This document shows positions 57,557 through 64,000 of a stretch of 64,000 bases of DNA, piece by piece (positions within the stretch are counted from its first letter, which is position 1; every line of letters starts with the position of its first letter). The translations under genes were made by a program, and so were the position numbers. The notes below the pieces were generated by a model that had not been told where the DNA came from, searched no databases, and was given only the letters and a program-made list of their open reading frames with translations. This stretch comes from Alphaproteobacteria bacterium (GTDB taxonomy: Bacteria; Pseudomonadota; Alphaproteobacteria; UBA828), in NCBI GenBank assembly GCA_965214705.1, contig OZ243972.1:1248001-1312000 (forward strand). Reading direction: 5' to 3'.

Positions 57557-58865
57557 CCTGGAACTCCGGCCCCATGCCGGAGTCCGGACCGCCCCCGGCG
57601 GCCGGTCCGGGCGTCTGCAGCCCGGACGCGGGGATCCGCACCGGCGCCGCCGGCCGCCCGTCCAGCCGCCACGGTCCTTCGGCCCCGCGCGAGAGCGCGG
57701 TGATCTCCAGCCCGTCGATGCCGCCCACCAGCGGCGCCAGGCGCGTCAGCGGACCCGGATCCTCGATCGCGATCCGCCAGCCGCCGTCCGCGCCGCGGGC
57801 GTAACCCACGGCGCCGCCGCCGGTGCCGAGCGCGCGGTCCACGTCGCGCCGAAGCGCCAGGAACGGGGGCGCCGGTGCGTCCGCGATGCGCAGCACCGGG
57901 CCGAGCGGGACCGCCGCCCAGGCCCTTGCGCCGGCCACCGCCGCCGCGTGCCAGCCCGAGAGGTGCCTCTCCGCGAGCCGACGCTGGATCGCCTCCGCGT
58001 GGCCGTCCGCCAGCCGCCAGCGCACCAGCAGCACCGCGCGGCCCGCGAGATCGGGAACCAGCGCCGAGAGCTCCGCGTCCTCGAAGCGGGCGACGCACTC
58101 GATGCGCTCGATGCGCCAGGCCGGAAGGAAGGGCGGGTGCTCGATCAGCGCCCGCCGGCAGGCCGAGATCAGCGCGGCCCCGTCGACCGAGACCGGCAGC
58201 TCGGGGTCCGGCGGCGGCTCCGCCGGCGCGGGCGCCGTTTCGGGCGCAGCGAGCCATTCGAGAAGCGCCTCGCCTTCGAACCAGACAGCGGCGACCGCCG
58301 CCAGAACCGCGAAGCCCAGCAGGGCCGGGACGGGCCGAAATCCCGCGCGCCGCGCCGCCGCGCGCTCCAGCGCGATCGATCCACCGGCCTTCGAGGCCGT
58401 CTCGCCGAGCGCCGCCGTGTCCAGCACCGCGACGTCCGCGCCCGCGATCTCCGCCCGCAGCCCCGGCGTGGCGTACAGCGTCCAGCCCAGCGCCCGCGCC
58501 CGTTCGAACGCCTCCAGCGCCGCCGCCCGGTCCTCGAACACCTCGTCGCCGTCCGCCAGCACCGCGCCGCCCCGCGCCTTCACCAGCGCATAGCGGCGTC
58601 CGCCGCCGGACGAGTCCGCGTCGGCCTCGACCAGCGCCATCCAGAACTCGCCGTCGATGCAGTCCAGCAGCGCGAGCGCGAGCGCCGGAAGGCCCTCCGG
58701 GTTGTCGGCCGGATCGCCGGCGGCGAAGCCGGTGCGCTCCCGGTGGTGGACGTACCAGGGCCGCCCGAGACGGCGGGCCGTCCGCGCGGTCGCGCCGGGG
58801 CCGCTCCGCTCCAGCCAATAGAGGCCGGCCGCGTAGAAGCGCCCGCCCACCGCGATCGCGCTCAC
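57528..58865 (-). CDS. pilO: Type IVb pilus accessory protein PilO2-like
   Basis: GTG start VSAIAVGGRFYAAGLYW; ALALAL, YALV...GAVLADGD; central TM; C......PAW....C. Confidence 0.72.
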   Translation of the reverse strand: MSAIAVGGRFYAAGLYWLERSGPGATARTARRLGRPWYVHHRERTGFAAGDPADNPEGLPALALALLDCIDGEFWMALVEADADSSGGGRRYALVKARGGAVLADGDEVFEDRAAALEAFERARALGWTLYATPGLRAEIAGADVAVLDTAALGETASKAGGSIALERAAARRAGFRPVPALLGFAVLAAVAAVWFEGEALLEWLAAPETAPAPAEPPPDPELPVSVDGAALISACRRALIEHPPFLPAWRIERIECVARFEDAELSALVPDLAGRAVLLVRWRLADGHAEAIQRRLAERHLSGWHAAAVAGARAWAAVPLGPVLRIADAPAPPFLALRRDVDRALGTGGGAVGYARGADGGWRIAIEDPGPLTRLAPLVGGIDGLEITALSRGAEGPWRLDGRPAAPVRIPASGLQTPGPAAGGGPDSGMGPEFQDGEENGHGS

Positions 58866-60550
58866 AGCGGTTCTCCCGGGCTGCCGGGGCGTTCCCCTGT
58901 ACCAGGGAGCTCTCCTGTACCAGGGAGCTCCCCTGTCTCGGCGATGCCCAGAGGCGCACCGATCTCGGCTTTCACCAGCAGAACCTGCTCGGTGCGCGAC
59001 AGCGCCCCGCGCCGCGCGCCGCCGGGAAACGGCACGTCCTCGGAGAAGGTCCCGGAGCTCTCCGACTCCGCGCGGCGGGTCGAGAACCCGGTCACCAGCA
59101 GGGTCTCTCCCCGGCGTATCCGCTGGGTCACCTGCACCGCGCGGCTGGCGTAGGCCGGGAGCTGGATGGTGGTGCCGCCGCCGGAGACCTCGCGGAACGC
59201 CGGACGGTCCCGCAGGCTCGCGAAGAGCCGCACCAGCACCTCGCCCGGCCCGGTGATGCGCGGGATGTAGCTCGCGGCGAAGCCCGACGAGACCGTGCCC
59301 GGCACGATCTCGGTCTGCGCGATGCCGTCCCCGGCCGTGGTGCGCTGCTCCTTGACGTAGGCTTCCTTGTAGAGCTCGAAGAACTGCGCCGGCTTGCCGT
59401 TGAGCGAGGGGATGTCCGCCGACAGCACCCGCGACACCGTCCCTGCGCTCGACAGCGCCCGCACCGTTGCCGCGAGCGTATCGCTCACCGCGGCGGAAGG
59501 CCTGACGATCGCCACCGCTTCCGGCGTCACCGCGAGTTGAGCGGACGTGCCGAACAGCTCCTTCACCAATGCCGCCAGGCCGAGCCCGTAATCGGCTTCG
59601 CGCTCCATCCGCACCGCGTAGACGTGCACCGAGAGCGTGACCGGCCGCAGCACCTCTCGGTTGAGATACCTCAGGAAGCCCCGCACCCGGTGGATGTCGC
59701 GCGGCGTGCCCGTGACGAGCAGCGAGGCATTGGACGGCGCTGCCGTCACCGCCGCGCCCGGATCCACGAGGGCCGCTGCCTGCGCCTCGATCTCGGGCCA
59801 GGGGTCGTACTCGGTCTCGGCCGCGATCGACTGCCGGGTCAGCACGCCGCCGCCCTCCTCGCCGCCCGACGCCGCATCGTCGGTCGAGCCGGAAGCCCGG
59901 TAGCGCTGCGTGCCGGCGAGCGCATGGATGCGGAACACCACCGCCTGCCGGCGCACGATCTCGACGGCGCCGCCCTCGCCGTCGTAGCGCCAAACATAGC
60001 CGGGCGGTTCCGTCCAGGCGTCGAGCAGCGCATCGAGCGGGCCGGTCCAGACGCCGCCGTCGGGCGACAGACCGTCGACGCCGAAGCCGGCGGGAGAGTC
60101 CGCGGGGGAGGTATCGCCCCCCGCCGGAGGCGATCCGGCGAAGCGCACCGGAATCCCCGTCGCCGCCTCGATCCGCCGCGCCAGCACCGAAGCCTCGCCG
60201 ATCCCGGCCAGCGGCAGAGTGACAGCATCCGGCTGCAGGAGCTGCGCCGGCAGGGTCGTCTCAGCCGCGTGCTCCTGCGTCGAGAGCCCGAGCCAGGGGC
60301 GTTGCTCGATCACCCGGATCGCGGAGAAGCGCGGCCGCTCCGGCGCCTCCCTCAGCGCCCGGACCTCGCGCGCCGCCGCGTCGGTCTCGCTGCGCGCTTC
60401 TTCCCGGACCGCCGATCCGCAGCCCGACAGAAGGACCGCGCAAAGGATCGTCAGCACCAGCTCCCGGCCCAGGCGCCGATGGCGGCAACCGAACCCGCGG
60501 CGGCCCGTCAATGGGGTCTCGATGAGATCGGAAAACCGCGCTGCCGACAT
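58862..60550 (-). CDS. pilN: Type IVb pilus lipoprotein secretin (PilN/BfpB family)
   Basis: Lipobox LSGC; WTGPLDALLD, LLVTGTP, LNGKPAQF, PGTVSSGF...PRI, IQLP, GETLLVTGF. Confidence 0.85.
   Translation of the reverse strand: MSAARFSDLIETPLTGRRGFGCRHRRLGRELVLTILCAVLLSGCGSAVREEARSETDAAAREVRALREAPERPRFSAIRVIEQRPWLGLSTQEHAAETTLPAQLLQPDAVTLPLAGIGEASVLARRIEAATGIPVRFAGSPPAGGDTSPADSPAGFGVDGLSPDGGVWTGPLDALLDAWTEPPGYVWRYDGEGGAVEIVRRQAVVFRIHALAGTQRYRASGSTDDAASGGEEGGGVLTRQSIAAETEYDPWPEIEAQAAALVDPGAAVTAAPSNASLLVTGTPRDIHRVRGFLRYLNREVLRPVTLSVHVYAVRMEREADYGLGLAALVKELFGTSAQLAVTPEAVAIVRPSAAVSDTLAATVRALSSAGTVSRVLSADIPSLNGKPAQFFELYKEAYVKEQRTTAGDGIAQTEIVPGTVSSGFAASYIPRITGPGEVLVRLFASLRDRPAFREVSGGGTTIQLPAYASRAVQVTQRIRRGETLLVTGFSTRRAESESSGTFSEDVPFPGGARRGALSRTEQVLLVKAEIGAPLGIAETGELPGTGELPGTGERPGSPGEPL
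58891..58937. repeat. Tandem 18-bp repeat (about 2.5 units, CCTGTACCAGGGAGCTCT) at the pilN 3' end
   Basis: Encodes TGELPG x2-3; reverse complement of the 18-bp half of the 33-bp unit at 43355. Confidence 0.85.
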
Positions 60551-60649
60551 CTCCGCATCGCCTCCTTCGGGCATCGAAGGCGCGCAAGAGAACCCGGAGA
60601 ATCGCGGCTGTCAACGGATAAAAGTCAATGGAAACAATCGTCTAATCAT

Positions 60650-60705
60650 ACTCCAGACCACTCGGGACTACCCGGTGACACTCCAGACTACTCAGGACCA
60701 CGACC
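60650..60705. promoter_or_regulatory. Helically phased 10-bp repeats upstream of the pil/tra operon
   Basis: ACTCCAGACC-ACTCGGGACT-ACCCGGTGAC-ACTCCAGACT-ACTCAGGACC in an AT-richer intergenic region. Confidence 0.55.
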
Positions 60706-60748
60706 GAAATTTTTTTGCCCCGGTCCCAATTGCCGCCACCCCGGCGTC

Positions 60749-61012
60749 TCATTCTTCCGTTTCCTCGGGTTCTTCGGTCTCTTCGGACTCCCCGGTCGAC
60801 TCCGAATCGTCGCTCCCCTCCGGGGGCGAGCCCCGCTTGTGCCGCGCCATCCAGTCGTCGAGGTCGGCGCGGTCGTAGATCACCCGGCGGCCCCACCTGG
60901 CATAGGGCGGACCGTCGCCCGCCCAGCGCATCCGGTGCAGAGTCGTAGGACTGAGACCGACATAGGCGGCGGCCTGCCGCGTGTCGAGATAGCGGGGCGC
61001 GAGCTCGTTCAT
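60749..61012 (-). CDS. HTH_17 excisionase-like protein (RdfS-like)
   Basis: MNELAPRYLDTRQAAAYVGLSPTTLHRMRWAGDGPPYARWGRRVIYDRADLDDW; acidic tail. Confidence 0.85.
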   Translation of the reverse strand: MNELAPRYLDTRQAAAYVGLSPTTLHRMRWAGDGPPYARWGRRVIYDRADLDDWMARHKRGSPPEGSDDSESTGESEETEEPEETEE

Positions 61013-61061
61013 GGCGTCTCTCCGGCAATGGACCGGAGCGCAATGAACCAGCCTGCGGTCG

Positions 61062-61110
61062 CCGCCGGCAGGGGAGATTCCAGAGCCTCCCCGGAATCTC
61101 CCCCCGGCGG
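61062..61110. promoter_or_regulatory. Inverted repeat between the DUF2285 gene and the rdfS-like gene
   Basis: GGGGAGATTCC-N11-GGAATCTCCCC (61071-61103), extended by CCGCCGG/CCGGCGG. Confidence 0.5.
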
Positions 61111-61140
61111 CGGTGCGGCGTGTGGCGGACCGCCGCCGGC

Positions 61141-61862
61141 CTATGCTTCCGCGAGGAGCTTCAGGTAGCCGCCGTTCATGAGCCAGAGGGACCTGGCGAC
61201 GCGCCAGCGCACGCGCGCCCGTATGGGGCTGTCCGTACGCCACTCCTTCGCCACCTTCCTCTTCCCGTAGAGATCGACGGCGATCAGACGGTGGCTCTTG
61301 CCGGCGAGCCTGGCGTCGAGGACAAGGAGCAGTTCCTCGTCCGTTACCCGCCGGCGGCCTCTTTTTTGGTCTTCGCCCTGCCGATGGGCCACAGCTCGGC
61401 GACCCGCTGCAACCGCTCCTGCAGGTCGCTCGAGGGCGGCAATCGCAGCAGGTCGACTCCGCCGGCCGGATCGAACGCTGCACCGTCGGCGATCCGAATC
61501 TGCACGGAGTCCTCGCCCTGTTCGACCTTGACGATCATCGGTCCGCTCTTGAGGCGCAGCCCCGACAGCCTCACGTCCGGCACGCCCAGCAGCTCCGCAA
61601 GCGCCGGCGCCCCCGGCATCGGCATGGCCTCCAGCGTCGGCGCCTCCGTCCAGAACGGCGACGCCGGACCCGCCTCGTCCAGCGGGTCCTCCCAGGCGAG
61701 CAAGCCCCACGAGGCCGCTTCGAGATCGCCCTCTGTCTGCCGCCGCAACGGGAAGGGTGCCGCCTCGACCCGTGCCGGCTCCGCACATGCTCGCCGCGCT
61801 TCCCTGTAGGCAGGGTTCCGTTGCAGGAACTTCCAGGCTCTGGCCGCTTCGGTGTTGCTCAT
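61141..61862 (-). CDS. FseA-like transcriptional activator (DUF6499 + DUF2285), split by a -1 frameshift near 61362-61367
   Basis: Frame 0 (61862-61344): AWKFLQRNPAY...SWGLL..EDP...PFW. The -1 frame (to 61141): LLVLDARLAGKSHRLIAVDLYG...W...RARVRWRV...LMNGGYLKLL. The frames overlap at ACC AAA AAA GAG. Confidence 0.75.
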
Positions 61863-62173
61863 GATCTTTCTTCCTTTGGTTGCCGAGGATGAACTCGGGT
61901 CGGCGCCTCCTTGCGGGGCGCGCCGATTCCAGGGAACGGCGGTACGTCCGTGCCTGCGCCTTGCCGAGCGAAAGACGTCGCGAAGAAGCCGGCGTATGTT
62001 CCGGGCCGTTCATGTCCGGTGCGGCGGTGTGCACGCCACAAGGGACGCAACGACGATCCCGCTTCGCTCGGCGCTTGCACCTTCGCCCTGCTCCCGGACC
62101 GGCGTGCGTTTCGAGTCGGACCGCAGTATATTCCGTATCGAACGAGAAAACGCTCCGAATTGGACAGAGACCC

Positions 62174-63433
62174 ATGTCCAACCAGATCGTCGACCGCAAT
62201 GCGTTCGTGGCGCGCCACGCCGAGGCGCGGGTCCGCGAAGCGCTGACCGATACCCGGATCGTGGCCATCGTCGGCCCGCGCCAGTCCGGCAAGACCACGC
62301 TCGCACGCCACATCGCCGACGGCGACGGCCGCACCTTCATCACCCTCGACGACGACCAGTTCAGGCGCTTCGCCGAAGACGATCCCATCGGCTTCATGCG
62401 CGGACAGAACTCCCTCGTCATCGACGAAATCCAGCGCGCGCCGGGACTCGTCCTCGCCCTCAAGAAGGCCGCCGACGAGGATCCGCAGCCGGGGCGCTTC
62501 CTGATCACCGGCTCGGTCGACCTGTTCAGGGGCTCGATCTCGCCCGACTCGCTGGCCGGCCGGGTGGAAACCGTCGAGCTGCTGCCGTTCTCGCAGGCCG
62601 AGATCGCAGGCGCCGGCCCCTCCCGGTTCCTCGACCGCGCCTTCGCCGGCGACTTCCCCGCCCTCGCAGCCACGGGCGTGACCGAAGGTCTGATCGACCG
62701 GGTCCTGTCCGGCGGTTTCCCGCCGGCCCTGTCCCGCCCGTCGCCGGGGCGCCGCGCGGCCTGGCTGCGCGCCTATGCCCGCTCGCTCGCCGACCGCGAC
62801 GTCTCCGACATCGCCGCCGTCGACAAGCGCGACGAAATGGCCCGCCTGATCGACCATGCGGCCGTGTCCGCAGGCCGGCTCCTCAACATGTCCTCCCTCG
62901 GATCGCACCTCGGCGTGGACAGCAAGACGGTCGACCGCTGGCTCGTCCTGCTCGAGCACATGTTCCTGGTCCGCCGCATTCGCGCCTGGCACCGCAGTGG
63001 GCTGAAGAGGCTCGTCAAGACGCCCAAGCTGCAATTCATGGACTCCGGCCTCCTCGCGGCCCTCCAGCGGGTGGGACCGGCCGACATCGCCAAGGACCGC
63101 CAGAAGCTCGGACCGCTCCTCGAATGCTTCGTCCATGCCGAGGTCGCCAAGGCCGCTGCGCTCGCCGAGGAACCGACGGCGATCGCCCACTACCGCGACA
63201 AGGACAAGGTCGAAGTCGACCTGGTCCTCGAGCGCCCGCCCGGCGCGGTCGTCGGCATCGAGGTCAAGGCGGGTGCGACGGCGCGGCCGGAGCAATTCCG
63301 GGGACTGGCGCGGCTGCAGGAAGCCACGGGCCGCCGCTTCGCCTGCGGCATCGTTCTCCACGACGGCGAGCGCGTGCAGCGGGCGGCGCCCGGATTGTTC
63401 GCCATGCCCTTCAGGATGCTCTGGCAGGCCTGA
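62174..63433 (+). CDS. AAA+ ATPase (AAA_14) with DUF4143 PD-(D/E)xK-like C-terminus
   Basis: Start MSNQIVD; GPRQSGKTT, IDEIQR, LITGS, SLAGR, GGFP, DSGL, EVDLV...IEVK. Confidence 0.88.
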   Translation: MSNQIVDRNAFVARHAEARVREALTDTRIVAIVGPRQSGKTTLARHIADGDGRTFITLDDDQFRRFAEDDPIGFMRGQNSLVIDEIQRAPGLVLALKKAADEDPQPGRFLITGSVDLFRGSISPDSLAGRVETVELLPFSQAEIAGAGPSRFLDRAFAGDFPALAATGVTEGLIDRVLSGGFPPALSRPSPGRRAAWLRAYARSLADRDVSDIAAVDKRDEMARLIDHAAVSAGRLLNMSSLGSHLGVDSKTVDRWLVLLEHMFLVRRIRAWHRSGLKRLVKTPKLQFMDSGLLAALQRVGPADIAKDRQKLGPLLECFVHAEVAKAAALAEEPTAIAHYRDKDKVEVDLVLERPPGAVVGIEVKAGATARPEQFRGLARLQEATGRRFACGIVLHDGERVQRAAPGLFAMPFRMLWQA

Positions 63434-63847
63434 ACCTCGAAGCCTCGCCTCGGCGTGGCCTTGGCCGAGGGGGTTTCCCACGCGGCAGGGGAGTCCGGCT
63501 CGCGCCCGGCGGAGAGGGGCCCATCGGGCGATCAGGCGGTCTTCCAAATCGGCGAAGGAGGACGTGCGCCGGCGGCGGCGGGGAGCAGGGAAGCCGGGCA
63601 GCGGTCGAACCGCCGGCATGCGCTTCGCGGCCGGTCCGGCCCGGTGCGTGGCCGGCCCTTCCGGCGGTTCGCGTCCCGCCGAGCGCGGGAACGCGGTTGC
63701 GGCGCACCTGACCCTCCCCTCCGGCATCGGCTTGGTAACCCCGGTCCCTTCGAACTATGGTGCGGGCGTGCGGACGGTCCGACACGGGAACCCATGCCCG
63801 CCGACCGCCGCGGGCACATCGCCGGTGAATTCGACCGAGTCGTTTCG

Positions 63848-64000
63848 ATGATGAAGCTTGAGAGCATCCTTCCCGGCACCCGGCTCGCGGGCATCCTCGG
63901 CGACGGCGCGGTGGAGGTCGTCGCCACCCGCGCCTACGGACCCGGCGCCGTCGAGGTGACCTGGAAGGGGCCGGACGGGCTCGGCCAGCGGATTCTCTTC
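63848..64000 (+). CDS. N-terminus of a probable SNF2-family helicase (defence-associated); runs off right edge
   Basis: MMKLESILPGTRLAGILGDGAVEVVATRAYGPGAVEVTWKGPDGLGQRILF resembles the N-termini of SNF2/DUF3883 helicases; only 51 codons are visible. Confidence 0.5.
   Translation, partial: MMKLESILPGTRLAGILGDGAVEVVATRAYGPGAVEVTWKGPDGLGQRILF

Larger units (their letters stand above)
26873..64000. mobile_element. Integrative conjugative element / genomic island at the tRNA-Ser 3' end (continues past the right edge)
   Basis: An abrupt AT-rich stretch follows the tRNA, then AlpA, a coupling protein, T4BSS and T4b pilus genes, RdfS/FseA-like regulators and defence-type cargo. Integrase, relaxase and the second att site are not in the window. 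Confidence 0.82.

Noticed and set aside
60752-60805. 9-bp periodicity in the acidic tail of the RdfS-like gene
   Set aside because: Explained by the low-complexity E-E-T/P peptide.
26873-64000. A reverse transcriptase, integrase or relaxase that could explain the repeats or mobility
   Set aside because: No YxDD RT, tyrosine-recombinase or HUH relaxase motifs were recognised in any ORF here; they may lie beyond the right edge.

Overview
High-GC window, probably from an alphaproteobacterium (inferred from gene content), in two halves. (1) 1-26.8 kb is chromosomal catabolic DNA. A minus-strand operon encodes a sugar-type ABC transporter, hydantoinase/oxoprolinase A and B, putA and a TMADH-like flavoenzyme, with a divergent GntR regulator and Xaa-Pro peptidase. 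Two IS elements have hit this operon: an ISAs1-type element in putA and an IS4/IS50-type element in hydantoinase A, both with clear target duplications and both carrying a DUF4338 (DruA-like) domain fused to the transposase. Next come an acyl-CoA ligase/thiolase/DUF35/crotonase cluster and an LLM monooxygenase/hydroquinone dioxygenase/CoA-transferase cluster, ending at tRNA-Ser(CGA). (2) From 26.9 kb to the window end is an integrated conjugative element at the tRNA 3' end. It encodes AlpA, a VirD4-type coupling protein, a Dot/Icm (IncI-like, type IVB) secretion set, a type IVb pilus set, an RdfS-like HTH with a split FseA-like (DUF6499/DUF2285) activator, an AAA/DUF4143 ATPase and the start of an SNF2-like helicase. 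No integrase or relaxase lies in the window. The most unusual signal is a dispersed family of 15-bp units (GAC[C/A]CTCG[G/T]GCCGGA, plus a linked 18-bp unit) at about 19 sites inside the element's transfer genes. The units occur in both orientations and all six reading frames, singly or as 2-4 unit arrays, are stop-free in every frame, and were not noticed in the chromosomal half. Domain calls come from recognising motifs by eye, not from database searches.
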